DNA from: a virus
IMG/VR virus record: IMGVR_UViG_2716884767_000001
Span: 167,510-210,333 of that record
Reading direction: 5' to 3' (one strand)
Length of the DNA: 42,824 nt
Shown here: positions 20,654-31,538 of the stretch, piece by piece
Numbering within the stretch: the first letter of the stretch is position 1
Layout: each line of letters opens with the position of its first letter
Program-made: the position numbers and the translations under genes
Notes under the pieces: generated by a model
Told to the model about the DNA's origin: nothing
The model's database searches: none
Seen by the model: the letters and a program-made list of their open reading frames with translations, nothing else

Positions 20654-21279
20654 ATATACAAGGCATTTATCCTCCTAACATTGGTTGGTTAGAAATTAAA
20701 TTAAATGATATTGAGATGAAACATCTCTGGAATTGTTGTGAAGATCACAGAGGAAATAAAAAACCTTTTCTGGCAGGAAATATTACCAACAGTCAGTCTA
20801 TTGTAGATAAAGATAATTGGTTTTTTGATAATGTTTTAATGAAATGTTTTAAATCTTATGGGGAAGATTTTGGTAATCTTGGTGAGTCCTTCCCTACAAG
20901 TCATCCTCACCCGTATTTTTTGAGTTCTTTTTGGGCAAATTATCAAAAAGAAACTGAATTTAATCCTTTACACACACATCCTAATTCAATTTATAGTTTT
21001 GTTATTTGGATGAAGATACCTACACGTCACGAAGATCAAAAACAATTAGAAATTGCATCAGATTCAAATTCTACTATTATATCAAATTTTCAATTTGTTT
21101 ATACTGATGTATTGGGTGATGTGAAATCATACGTTTATCATATGTCTCCAGAATGTGAAGGAACTATGTTGTTTTTTCCATCTAATTTACATCATCAAGT
21201 TTATCCATTTTATAATTGCAAGGAAGAAAGAATTAGCTTATCAGGAAATATTGCAATGGATACGAGTAAAATATATTAA
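20650..21279 (+). CDS. Putative 2OG-Fe(II) oxygenase (HxH type)
   Basis: FNPLHTH...SFVIW...EGTMLFFPSNLHHQVYP...ERISLSGN. Confidence 0.8.
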   Translation: MNIQGIYPPNIGWLEIKLNDIEMKHLWNCCEDHRGNKKPFLAGNITNSQSIVDKDNWFFDNVLMKCFKSYGEDFGNLGESFPTSHPHPYFLSSFWANYQKETEFNPLHTHPNSIYSFVIWMKIPTRHEDQKQLEIASDSNSTIISNFQFVYTDVLGDVKSYVYHMSPECEGTMLFFPSNLHHQVYPFYNCKEERISLSGNIAMDTSKIY

Positions 21280-21280
21280 T

Positions 21281-21826
21281 ATGATACAAATTTTACAAAA
21301 CTCTCAAAGTGAAAACTATAAAGTTTTAAAGAAAAATATTTTGGGTGAATTTTTTCCTTGGTTTTACTATGATCATACAACAGACCTAGCACCTGAGAAG
21401 GATGGTCATGAAAATATTCCTAATTTATCCCATTGTTTTATTTCAAGACCAGAATTCTGTGGGTGGTCAAAACAAGATTCTGTTATGCATGAACTAGCAG
21501 TTAAAGTAGTTAGAGAAATTTTATCTGAAAATGAATTTCCTCCTGAAGATAATTTTATACTAAGATTAGCAACTAATTGCATGTTTCCAAGACAAGGAGC
21601 ACAATTTTCTTTACCACACACAGATCATCGTTTTCCACATCTTAATTTTATTACATATCTAACTAATTCAGGTGGCAGCACTTTTGTCGAAGGTGTTGAG
21701 CATAAACCAGAGGAGGATCAATCAATTTTATTTACTGGTGAACACTATTTACAATTACCACAAAAAGAGAGAAGAATTGTTTTGGTTGCAACTATTATGG
21801 ATATAACAAATAATTTTAATGCATAA
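21281..21826 (+). CDS. Putative 2OG-Fe(II) oxygenase
   Basis: PHTD...NFITYL...GGST...GEH...RRIVL; ATG at 21281 just after the upstream stop. Confidence 0.7.
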   Translation: MIQILQNSQSENYKVLKKNILGEFFPWFYYDHTTDLAPEKDGHENIPNLSHCFISRPEFCGWSKQDSVMHELAVKVVREILSENEFPPEDNFILRLATNCMFPRQGAQFSLPHTDHRFPHLNFITYLTNSGGSTFVEGVEHKPEEDQSILFTGEHYLQLPQKERRIVLVATIMDITNNFNA

Positions 21827-23249
21827 TATCGTTAGTATATTTGGTGGACATGATGCTAATATTACATTTTTTAATTCCATCACAAAAAAATATCATATTA
21901 TTGAAATTGAAAGGTTAACAGGAGAAAGATTTTTTCAACTTAAAAAAAATTCTGATGAATATATAAAGAACATTTTAGAGCAGTGTCAGAATATTGCAAC
22001 TAATTTTTGGGGAATTGAAAATGATTATGATACTTTATTGATAGATGCAAGATGGAAAAGAAGAGGAGTCCCTGATGTTGTATATCAAGTTTTTAATTCT
22101 AAAGAAGTAAAAACAATATCTAATCATCATGATAATCATGCGTATTGTGCATACTATCAATCTCCTTACCGAGAAGCATTAATTGTATCTTATGACGGTG
22201 GAGGTGATGGTCAATCATTTAATTTTTACTATGTAAAGGGTGATGATATGAAACTTATTGAGTCTTTACCATTAAATCTAGGTAGAGAGTATTGGAAGTC
22301 AGCTTCAAGAATTAAAGATATTGTTGATAACAGTAAGACAAGACGAGAATATGCTGGAAAGATGATGGGATTATCTGCTTATGGTAAAGTTAATGAACAA
22401 TCTAAACTAGATGTTGACATTGCAGCAACAGCACAAAAAAACTTTGCGAATAAATTATTGAGTAATTTAGGAAGACATATTACAAATATTCCGATTATAT
22501 TAACAGGTGGATGTGCACTTAATGTTTTAGTAAACGAAAAAATTAAACAAAAATATAATAATCTAGTCTTTGTACCACCTAATCCACATGATGGTGGATT
22601 ATCTATTGGACATATGTTTAATTTAATTAAACCTGATAAACGAGTAGATGTCACTTATTCTGGCATCCCTCTTTTAGACAGAGATAAATTATCTAATTAT
22701 ATTGAGGAATATAATGCAGTGAAAGTAAGCAAGATGGAAATTGCTGAAAAATTAAAAGAGGGTAAAATTATTGGATTTGTATATGATGATTCGGAAATTG
22801 GTCCCCGTGCATTGGGTAATCGTTCTATTGTTTGTGATCCATCTTATCCTGATATGAAAGATAAACTGAACTCAAAAGTAAAATTTAGAGAGTGGTATCG
22901 ACCTTTCGCACCATTTTGTAGGAAAGAGATGGCACAGAAATATTTTGAGACAAGAGATTATGAAAATTTAGAGTATATGAGTTTTGCACCAAAAGTAAAA
23001 ATAGATAACATTTCTGCTGTTACTCATATAGATAGAAGTGCGAGGTTGCAAACAGTAACAGAAACAACTCATAAACATTTTTATGACTTACTAAAAGAGT
23101 TTGGTAAAATATCTAATGTTGAGGTATTGTTAAATACCTCATTTAACATAAAAGGAAATCCGATTTTAACTAAAATAAGTGATGCTATTAATATATTGAA
23201 TAATACAGAATTGGATTACGTTATTATCGAAGATTACCTATTTAGTTGA
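21819..23249 (+). CDS. Carbamoyltransferase (NodU/CmcH/TobZ family)
   Basis: GHDA, ERL, HHDNHA, DGGGD, GKMMGLSAYG, GGCALNV, HDGGLSIG, EIGPRALGNRSI, KFREWYRPFAP, THIDRSARLQTV, LLNTSFN. Confidence 0.92.
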   Translation: MHNIVSIFGGHDANITFFNSITKKYHIIEIERLTGERFFQLKKNSDEYIKNILEQCQNIATNFWGIENDYDTLLIDARWKRRGVPDVVYQVFNSKEVKTISNHHDNHAYCAYYQSPYREALIVSYDGGGDGQSFNFYYVKGDDMKLIESLPLNLGREYWKSASRIKDIVDNSKTRREYAGKMMGLSAYGKVNEQSKLDVDIAATAQKNFANKLLSNLGRHITNIPIILTGGCALNVLVNEKIKQKYNNLVFVPPNPHDGGLSIGHMFNLIKPDKRVDVTYSGIPLLDRDKLSNYIEEYNAVKVSKMEIAEKLKEGKIIGFVYDDSEIGPRALGNRSIVCDPSYPDMKDKLNSKVKFREWYRPFAPFCRKEMAQKYFETRDYENLEYMSFAPKVKIDNISAVTHIDRSARLQTVTETTHKHFYDLLKEFGKISNVEVLLNTSFNIKGNPILTKISDAINILNNTELDYVIIEDYLFS

Positions 23250-23259
23250 AAATTACATA

Positions 23260-23847
23260 ATGAATGATTTAATACAAATTATAAAAGTTCTTGAACCTAA
23301 TGAGGTTGATGAGGTTAACAAATATATTAATACATTAAACTTTAAATCTAGTACAGTGCTCGTAAAGGGTAATAATCAGGATATAAGTCCTGTTCGCACA
23401 AGCACTGGTGCAATAATGAATGATAATCATGAATTAATAAAAAGTTTTCATTTGAAAATCAACCAAGCTCTAGATGAATATAAGAGACGTTTGATTGATA
23501 TTCATGAAAATTTTCAATACTATCCTGTGCCTGGTGGATATGATACTCACTCTTGGAGAGAGGGCATACAAGTTTTACAATATGAAAAAAATCAAGAATA
23601 TAAGTTTCATCATGATGTTGCTGACTATAAAGAAAAACGGGAATTTTATAGAACAATATCAGTTATCGTTTATTTAACAGATGACTTCAAAGGTGGTGGA
23701 ACTTTATTTCCACATATGAGATATAAACCTAAACCTGGTTATGCCTTGATTTTTCCCTCAAATTGGTGTTATCCTCATGCTGGTGAACCCGTAATTGAAG
23801 GAATTAAAAGGATTGCTGTGACTTGGTATTATGTTGAACGAAATTAA
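23260..23847 (+). CDS. Prolyl-4-hydroxylase-like 2OG-Fe(II) oxygenase
   Basis: FHHD...RTISVIVYLTDDFKGGGTLFP...FPSNWCYPHAGEPV..GIKR. Confidence 0.88.
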   Translation: MNDLIQIIKVLEPNEVDEVNKYINTLNFKSSTVLVKGNNQDISPVRTSTGAIMNDNHELIKSFHLKINQALDEYKRRLIDIHENFQYYPVPGGYDTHSWREGIQVLQYEKNQEYKFHHDVADYKEKREFYRTISVIVYLTDDFKGGGTLFPHMRYKPKPGYALIFPSNWCYPHAGEPVIEGIKRIAVTWYYVERN

Positions 23848-23861
23848 CTCAAATTTGAATA

Positions 23862-23869
23862 CATAAATA
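23862..23869 (+). promoter_or_regulatory. T4-type late promoter (CATAAATA)
   Basis: ATAAATA in the intergenic gap, 31 nt before the 1873-aa structural gene. Confidence 0.6.
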
Positions 23870-23900
23870 GAACATAGAATCATAGTAGAATTATTGTGTC

Positions 23901-26900
23901 ATGCCACTGAATAAGTTAGATAATTTCTTAAAAAACGTAGAAGGTCGTATTCTTTATGTAAGTCCAAGTGATTTAGATGCAAGTGATGCGATGTCAAATC
24001 AGGGTAATTCCCAAGCAACACCATTTAAAACCATTCAAAGGGCACTGATTGAGTCAGCAAGATTTTCTTATGTTCAAGGTAATAATAACGATATAACAGA
24101 AAAAACAACAATATTATTGATGCCTGGTGAGCATATTATTGATAATAGACCAGGATACAAGATAAAAAAATCAGGAAACAATGCACAAATTTTAAATCAA
24201 GCAGGTGGAGTTGTTTCAACAGACTCATTATCTTTAAATTTAGACTCTAAGTTTGACCTTACAGTTGAAGATAACATTTTACACAAATATAATAGTGTTC
24301 ATGGTGGAGTTATTGTTCCAAGAGGAACTTCAATTGTTGGACTTGATTTAAGAAAAACAAAAATCATTCCAAAATATGTTCCAAACCCAACAGATTCATC
24401 AGTTCCTAATTCTGCAATTTTTAGAATCACAGGTGCCTGTTATTTTTGGCAATTTTCTGTATTTGATGGAAAGGAGAATGAGTTAGTATATACAGATAAT
24501 ACAATATTCACCAGTAAATTAAGCACTCCTACTTTTTCACACCACAAATTAACAGTATTTGAATATGCAGATGGAGTAAATTTAAATGAACAAACAGAAT
24601 TAACAGATTTAAATATGTATTACTATAAGCTTTCATTAGCTTATGGTACTGCGACAACAAATCGAAATATTATTGACAAATTTCCTGCAAGCACTGATGG
24701 TTTTGCTGCAAGAAGACCTGAATTTGAAATTGTTGGTGCATTTGCGGCGGATCCAATTTCAATTACAAGTCTCATATCAGGTGATGGATCAAACGTATCA
24801 CCTGTTGTAACTGTAACAACACAACAGGATCACAATCTCGATGTAGGAACCCCAATTAAAATATCTGGTGTTATTCCTCTTGAATATAATATTTCAGCAA
24901 AGGTAACCAGTGTCAGTGTGACTAATAAAAAAGTATTCACGTATGCTCTCGATAATGTTCCTGATGAGTTACCAGCAACTGCTTCTAATGTAAGTGGTGC
25001 AACTGTCACAGTTGAAACTGACACAGTTGGAGGAGCATCACCTTATATCTTTAATATATCGTTAAGATCTGTTTATGGTATGAATGGTATGCATGCCGAT
25101 GGATCAAAGGCAACTGGTTTCCGTTCAATGGTTGTTGCACAATTTACTGGAGTTTCATTACAGAAAGATGATCGTGCTTTTGTAAAATATAGTAAGACAG
25201 GTAGAGATTATGATGGATTGATCATAACCCCAGTTTTTGATGAAAGACTTTCATCAGAATCATCTGCAACCGACACCGAGAAAGTATTTCACTTAGATTC
25301 TGATGCAATCTATAGAAATGGATGGGAGACAAGACATGTAAAAATATCAAATGACTCTGTATTACAAATTGTATCTGTATTTGCAATTGGATATGGTATT
25401 CATTTTGAAGCAAAATCGGGTGCCGATGCTTCTATCACTAACTCAAACTCTAACTTTGGTCAATTAGCACTTGTATCTGACGGATTTAAGAAAAATGCAT
25501 TCCAAAAAGATGATCGAGCTTTCATTACTCATATATTACCACCAAGGGCAATAACTTCATCTGAAGAAAATATTGATTGGGTTACCATAGATATTGATAA
25601 AACAAAAACTGTTAATAATGATAAAAGATTATATTTGTTTGGATTTACCTCTGAAGATATATTACCACCGTCAGTGACTCAGGGTTTCCGAGTTGGTGCC
25701 AAAGTTAATGATGTTTTATTTGTAGATATTGCTGGTGTGGAAAAATCAGCAAATATTTTGATGGAGGATGGCACTGCCACACCTTCATTGTCAAGTGTCA
25801 AAACAATAGAGGTTGGAGAACCATCTGGAAGTCTGTTTACAACATCAGATGGATCAGCACACAAACTGTCAACAGGTGAAAAAGTAATTGTTATCAGTGA
25901 CGATGGTGACTTACCAGAGAATTTAGATGAAAAAACAGTATATTTTGCTATTGTTTTATCTCCTAGCACATTTAGATTAGCATCTTCAAAAACTAACGCA
26001 GATAATTCTGAATTTATCAGTGTATATAAAGGAACAAATTTAAAAGTATTAAGTCGTGTTAGTGATAAAGATTCTGGTGACTTAGGACATCCTGTTCAAT
26101 TTGATGGAACACAATGGTTTATTAATGTTCAAACAGGAAACAATATATTTACAAGTATTGCATCACTTACTGGTAGAACCGAACCATCATTCGTAAAGAG
26201 AATCTCAGACACGAGATCTCTTGATGAAAAAATTTATAAGGTTAGACTTGCAATACCAAAAGAAATTTCAAACTCAAAGAATCCAGAAAACGGTTTTGTA
26301 ATTCAAGAATCAAGTTCAACTGGTGTTCGAGGATCTTCTGATTTTATTAAAAATGATGCTCTTACTAGATCAGATTTTGAATTTAAAAGAAATCCTAGAT
26401 TTATTAGTAGTTGTACGTTCAATAATGCAACAGATATCATCACAATTCAAGCAGAGAGACCTCATAATTTACAAATAGGTGATTTAGTTACCATCAAAAA
26501 TATTAAAGATGGTGGTTCGGGTGGTAGTGCTTTGGGTGAAGATAATAAAGGATATAATGGAGAATTTACTGTCAAAAATATACCAAATAGTTTGACATTT
26601 GAGTATGAAACCACAAGAGATAATTTAGGTGCTTCTGCAACAAATGATTTTAGTATAGAGGATACATCTCTTCCTAGATTTGAGAGGACTGATCTAAAAT
26701 CAAATATTTATTTGTTTAGAAATACATTAGTTTCAGAATATATTGATGCCACACAAGATGGTGTTTATCAAGTATTTGCTCTTAATTCCAGTAATGATAT
26801 TCAAGAGGAATATACTGATTTAAATTATAGTCAAAATGTAGTTGATTTATATCCTCAATTAGATCGAGATAATGTAAATGAAAATCCCCAAGCATCTAAA

Positions 26901-29522
26901 TCTTTTGCTGTAAGATCTCCTTTAGGACAGGTAGTTACAAACGATCCTTTAAAGAGTCTTACAAGAGAGACAAATGATAAATTACTTAAATCCATTGGAA
27001 TAGGTCAACCTTTATTCTCATTCACAGACAATACTACAACAGGGATAGTTTCATTTACTACTGAACATAATTTTGCGGGTATAATGACTGCTACACTTCA
27101 CTCTGGTGGAGCAAACTATACACCAAATTCTGGTGTGGCAACCTATCGTAATGTAAAAGTATTCAACAGCACTACTCAAAATGATTCTACGTGGAATGGA
27201 ACATTATCTGATGTCATAGTTTCTAATGGTGCTGTGACATCATTTGAAATTACAAATACTGGATCTGGTTGGTCTGCAGGAAATAAAGGATATTTTGATG
27301 CAAATCGAATAGGTGCTGGTAATGGAGTGGCAATTTTGGATGGTAATGTCTCTGGTGCAGGTTTGACATCAGGAAACATTGGTGTATCGAGTGATTTAGT
27401 TATTCAATTTACAGGTGTAGGAACAGCATCCGACTCATATTTTAGATTAAAAGAAGTAAACGACAAGAAACAGATTACAATTCATAAAACAGGTGCAGAT
27501 GTTGATCCTATATCAGATCAATATGCATTTACAGTTAGTTCATCATCTAAGGTAGATACTGAAAGTTTCTCAGATGGGTTAAAAACTATCACAACATTTG
27601 AACCTCATGGACTCGTTGCTGGAAATAGATTCCAATTAAATAATTCATCAAATGTCAACCAAGGTTCATATATCGTTAAAACAAAGGTTGGTGTCACAAC
27701 ATTTACATTTGAGTTAGCATCCGATATAAGTGTTGATAATGGATTCATACTTAAACATGGATTATCAGCAAATGACGGTGTATCAGATTCTGGTCAAGAG
27801 AATTTATCAATTCGTGGTGTAGAATTATTTGACAATGAACATGCAAAATTAAGTGCTCAGATGGGATCAGGCGTTGGAATTGCTACTGTTGATACTACGA
27901 ATACACATAATTTACTTCAAAGATTCCCATACGGATCATATTTACTAATTGATGAGGAGATACTTCGAGTATCTACAAATACTTTACTTGGAGTTAATAA
28001 TGATCAAATTTCAGTAATTCGTGGAGTTTTTGGTACGGTTATCAAAAATCACGCAACTGGATCACTTGTTAAAAAAATTAAACCATTCCCAATTCAATTT
28101 AATCGACCATCAATTTTAAGAGCATCAGGTCATACATTTGAATATCTTGGTTATGGTCCTGGTAACTATTCAACTGCACTTCCACAAGTTCAGGTTAAAA
28201 CAATTTCTGAGAAGGAAGAGTTCTTATCACAGTCACAAGAAAGAGCAGGTGGTGCTGTTGTTTACACTGGAATGAACAACAAAGGTGATTTTTATATTGG
28301 AAACCAGAAAAAGTCAGCACTCACAGGTGAGGAGACATCTTTTGATACTCCGATACCATCAGTTACAGGTGAAAATCCTGGTAGATTGAGTGTTGTATTT
28401 GATGAAACAACAATCAAAGAAAGACTTGTAGTTGAGGGTGGTAAATCTAAGACATCATTATCTGAATTTGATGGACCTGTTACATTTAACAAGGAAGTTC
28501 AACTTAAGGATGCAGTTAAAATCAAAACAACAACGGATTCCACAAGTTCAACAACAGGATCACTCATAATATCTGGTGGTGTGGGAATTGCAAAAACTGC
28601 CAATTTACCTGATGATGCTGCAATAAAATTTGGTAATGGTGGAGATTTAGAAATTTTCCACGGTAGTGGTGGAAATTATCCAAATACAAATGTTATAAGA
28701 ACAACAAATACAAACACGTTATTATTTGAAACGGCTCAGGGTGGATTTGCATTAAATAATCGAGTAGGTGATGCTGCAAATAATTTTGAAAATATGATCA
28801 CTGCGAGTCCTAATGATTCAGTTGATCTTTTCTTTAATGGTACACGTAGATTAAAAACCACAAACACAGGAGCTGTCGTAACTGGAATTCTAACTGCTAC
28901 ACAATTTAAAGGTGATGGATCTCAGTTAGACGGTCTTAATAATAATCAATTATTAGATAGTAATAGCACAGTAAGAGCAGAAGCCACTACATCTGGTTTA
29001 ACTATCACTGGACAGTTGACAAACAATGGTAACATACAACTCACTTCTGCAAATCCAGAAATAGAATTAAACAATGGAGGTCCAAGATTTAGAGTTCCAT
29101 CCGCAAACGTACTTACTATTCATACTGGTAGTGGATTTGGTAGTGCCGAAAATGAAAGGTTACGTGTTAACACAACTGGTATTACGGTCACAGGATCAGG
29201 TACATTTACTGGTGATGTGATTGCATTTAGTTCATCTGATATGACACTTAAAAAAGATATATCACCCATAAAAAATGCACTTGACATGGTTAATAGTATT
29301 AGTGGTAATACATTTACTTGGAATACAGGACTGACACCATATGAAAATGGTACAAAGGACACTGGTATACTTGCTCAAGAAATTGAGGCACTTGGATTGC
29401 CTGGTGTTACAATTACAAGAGGTAATGGTGTGAAAGCAGTTCGTTATGATAGATTAATTCCTGTTCTGATTGAGGCAGTTAAGGAATTAACTTCTAAAGT
29501 AAACTCTATTGAAAACAAATAA
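23901..29522 (+). CDS. Large virion structural/tail fibre protein (1873 aa) with C-terminal S74-like chaperone
   Basis: Cyanophage-type N-terminus MPLNKLDNFLKN..GRILYV..PFKTIQRAL; repeated T...H.L..G motifs; C-terminal SSDMTLKKDI...GILAQEIE...VRYDRLIPVLIEAVKEL. Confidence 0.85.
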   Translation: MPLNKLDNFLKNVEGRILYVSPSDLDASDAMSNQGNSQATPFKTIQRALIESARFSYVQGNNNDITEKTTILLMPGEHIIDNRPGYKIKKSGNNAQILNQAGGVVSTDSLSLNLDSKFDLTVEDNILHKYNSVHGGVIVPRGTSIVGLDLRKTKIIPKYVPNPTDSSVPNSAIFRITGACYFWQFSVFDGKENELVYTDNTIFTSKLSTPTFSHHKLTVFEYADGVNLNEQTELTDLNMYYYKLSLAYGTATTNRNIIDKFPASTDGFAARRPEFEIVGAFAADPISITSLISGDGSNVSPVVTVTTQQDHNLDVGTPIKISGVIPLEYNISAKVTSVSVTNKKVFTYALDNVPDELPATASNVSGATVTVETDTVGGASPYIFNISLRSVYGMNGMHADGSKATGFRSMVVAQFTGVSLQKDDRAFVKYSKTGRDYDGLIITPVFDERLSSESSATDTEKVFHLDSDAIYRNGWETRHVKISNDSVLQIVSVFAIGYGIHFEAKSGADASITNSNSNFGQLALVSDGFKKNAFQKDDRAFITHILPPRAITSSEENIDWVTIDIDKTKTVNNDKRLYLFGFTSEDILPPSVTQGFRVGAKVNDVLFVDIAGVEKSANILMEDGTATPSLSSVKTIEVGEPSGSLFTTSDGSAHKLSTGEKVIVISDDGDLPENLDEKTVYFAIVLSPSTFRLASSKTNADNSEFISVYKGTNLKVLSRVSDKDSGDLGHPVQFDGTQWFINVQTGNNIFTSIASLTGRTEPSFVKRISDTRSLDEKIYKVRLAIPKEISNSKNPENGFVIQESSSTGVRGSSDFIKNDALTRSDFEFKRNPRFISSCTFNNATDIITIQAERPHNLQIGDLVTIKNIKDGGSGGSALGEDNKGYNGEFTVKNIPNSLTFEYETTRDNLGASATNDFSIEDTSLPRFERTDLKSNIYLFRNTLVSEYIDATQDGVYQVFALNSSNDIQEEYTDLNYSQNVVDLYPQLDRDNVNENPQASKSFAVRSPLGQVVTNDPLKSLTRETNDKLLKSIGIGQPLFSFTDNTTTGIVSFTTEHNFAGIMTATLHSGGANYTPNSGVATYRNVKVFNSTTQNDSTWNGTLSDVIVSNGAVTSFEITNTGSGWSAGNKGYFDANRIGAGNGVAILDGNVSGAGLTSGNIGVSSDLVIQFTGVGTASDSYFRLKEVNDKKQITIHKTGADVDPISDQYAFTVSSSSKVDTESFSDGLKTITTFEPHGLVAGNRFQLNNSSNVNQGSYIVKTKVGVTTFTFELASDISVDNGFILKHGLSANDGVSDSGQENLSIRGVELFDNEHAKLSAQMGSGVGIATVDTTNTHNLLQRFPYGSYLLIDEEILRVSTNTLLGVNNDQISVIRGVFGTVIKNHATGSLVKKIKPFPIQFNRPSILRASGHTFEYLGYGPGNYSTALPQVQVKTISEKEEFLSQSQERAGGAVVYTGMNNKGDFYIGNQKKSALTGEETSFDTPIPSVTGENPGRLSVVFDETTIKERLVVEGGKSKTSLSEFDGPVTFNKEVQLKDAVKIKTTTDSTSSTTGSLIISGGVGIAKTANLPDDAAIKFGNGGDLEIFHGSGGNYPNTNVIRTTNTNTLLFETAQGGFALNNRVGDAANNFENMITASPNDSVDLFFNGTRRLKTTNTGAVVTGILTATQFKGDGSQLDGLNNNQLLDSNSTVRAEATTSGLTITGQLTNNGNIQLTSANPEIELNNGGPRFRVPSANVLTIHTGSGFGSAENERLRVNTTGITVTGSGTFTGDVIAFSSSDMTLKKDISPIKNALDMVNSISGNTFTWNTGLTPYENGTKDTGILAQEIEALGLPGVTITRGNGVKAVRYDRLIPVLIEAVKELTSKVNSIENK

Positions 29523-29525
29523 ATA
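29518..29525 (+). promoter_or_regulatory. T4-type late promoter (AATAAATA)
   Basis: ATAAATA overlapping the upstream stop, 12 nt before ATG 29538. Confidence 0.5.
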
Positions 29526-29537
29526 ACTAAAAAGGTA

Positions 29538-31538
29538 ATGGCAAATTATACCAAATCATTTAATTTTAGAAACGGTGTTCAGGTCGATGATAGTAATTTT
29601 ATTGTCAACTCTGTTGGACTGGTTGGAATTGGAACTACAATACCAGAAAAACGTTTAGATGTTCGTGGTAGTGCAAGCATAACAGGGATAACAAATTTAT
29701 CTGGAGCAATTATAAGTGGAGTAGTAACATCTGGTAATATAAAAATTGACTCAGTTTCAGGAATTGTTACTGCTACAAAATTTGTTGGTGATGCATCAGG
29801 TCTTACAAATATAGTTGCGATTTCAACAGAAGGATTTATCGCAAATGCTGGTGGACTGTCTACTACTACCAATATTGGTATTGGTAGTGAAATACCAACA
29901 ACTCAATTAGATGTTCTTGGAGATTCTATATTTACAGGCATTACTAGTTTTATTGGTCTTACGACAACAACTGATTTAAAAGCACAAAAATTAGATGTAA
30001 TCGGTGTTTCAACATTCGGAAATGCTGTAGATATTAATTCTAGTGTAGATGTAAGTAATAATTTAGTTGTACAAGGAAGTAGCACATTAGGAAATTCATC
30101 TAGTGATGAACTTATTGTAACTGCTGGAGTGTCAACATTTACTGGTAATATAGATTTAAATGGTAATATTGACGTATCAGGTATCTCAACATTCGGTAAT
30201 AACATTGATGCGAATGGTGATTTAGATGTAAATGGACGAACTGAATTAGATACCACTAATATTAGTGAAACTCTTAACGTTACAGGTATCTCAACGTTCG
30301 GTGATAACGTAACCGTAGGAACTGGTGCAACTGTAGGAATTGGATCAACTGTATTTTTTCCTGATAAGATAAAGGCAATATTTGGTAGTGACCCTTCAAA
30401 ACCAGGTGGAGGAGACTTACACATATATCATGACTCTAGCACTGGACATAGCTACGTTGCTGACAAAGGCACTGGTAATTTAGTGTTACAATCTGATAAC
30501 AAAATTGAAATGATAACATTTAATCAACCAGCTGGTGGTGGTTCAGAAAAAATGTTAGAGGCTTTCAAAAATGATACAGTAAAATTATATTTTGATGGTA
30601 ATACAAAATTAGCAACAATCGGAGCAGGTGTATCCGTCTATGGACAATTAAATGTTGCAAGTTTAAATGGTGGTGCATCTGGTTTGTCATCACACTTTGG
30701 ATCATTGAGATATGGTAACGAGAGTGGTTCCGCACCATATAGCACAAGAAGGTCACTAGATTTAATTAATACTGATAGTGGAAATATTAACTACTATCTT
30801 AACGCAAACGATTTATCAAATACAGGCAATTTCCATTGGCATAAAGGTTTTAATAATGCTCAGTTGATGACCTTAACTGGAATTGGTGGAAGTTTAGGTA
30901 TTGGTATAACATTGCCAACACATAAACTCCACGTACAGGGTAATGCTAAAATATCAGCTGGTGCAACTTTTGGTGGAGATATATTTATTGCTGGTGATGT
31001 ATCACTAACAGGATCAATTGAAGGAAATGTCACTGGTAATCTCACAGGTAATCTCACAGGTAATGTAAACGCAGCATCAGGAATATCCACATTCACCAAT
31101 GTTTCTGCTGGAATTGTAACTGTAACTTCAATAAAAACAGATAAAGTAGGTGTCAACGTAAATGCTGGTTCTAACCCAGTTGAAATAAATTCAGGTAACA
31201 ATAGAGTTTTTGTGTCTGCCACTGGTAATTTAGGAATCAGAACAGATGATACATTTGGAAATTCTTTATTTAATACTGGTGCAACAGTCTCATCTATAGT
31301 TGGTGTAGGGACAACATTAGCCAAATCAGCAGTTGATTTTGCTGATGCTGGAAAAGATATTACAGGAGCATTTGCAAACAAAATGTTCATGCTGCCACCA
31401 AAGATAACTACCAACCAGAGGGATAATCTTACTGGTGTAACCGATGGTGCTTTGATATACAATACAAATGGAAATCAGTTACAAGTTTATATTGGAGGAT
31501 GGGTCGGAATCGGAACTACTACAGCGGTTGACTCATAA
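29538..31538 (+). CDS. Tail fibre-like structural protein (666 aa)
   Basis: VGIGT and GISTF repeats; C-terminal P..TT.QRD.L....GALIYNT....LQVY..GW motif. Confidence 0.8.
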   Translation: MANYTKSFNFRNGVQVDDSNFIVNSVGLVGIGTTIPEKRLDVRGSASITGITNLSGAIISGVVTSGNIKIDSVSGIVTATKFVGDASGLTNIVAISTEGFIANAGGLSTTTNIGIGSEIPTTQLDVLGDSIFTGITSFIGLTTTTDLKAQKLDVIGVSTFGNAVDINSSVDVSNNLVVQGSSTLGNSSSDELIVTAGVSTFTGNIDLNGNIDVSGISTFGNNIDANGDLDVNGRTELDTTNISETLNVTGISTFGDNVTVGTGATVGIGSTVFFPDKIKAIFGSDPSKPGGGDLHIYHDSSTGHSYVADKGTGNLVLQSDNKIEMITFNQPAGGGSEKMLEAFKNDTVKLYFDGNTKLATIGAGVSVYGQLNVASLNGGASGLSSHFGSLRYGNESGSAPYSTRRSLDLINTDSGNINYYLNANDLSNTGNFHWHKGFNNAQLMTLTGIGGSLGIGITLPTHKLHVQGNAKISAGATFGGDIFIAGDVSLTGSIEGNVTGNLTGNLTGNVNAASGISTFTNVSAGIVTVTSIKTDKVGVNVNAGSNPVEINSGNNRVFVSATGNLGIRTDDTFGNSLFNTGATVSSIVGVGTTLAKSAVDFADAGKDITGAFANKMFMLPPKITTNQRDNLTGVTDGALIYNTNGNQLQVYIGGWVGIGTTTAVDS

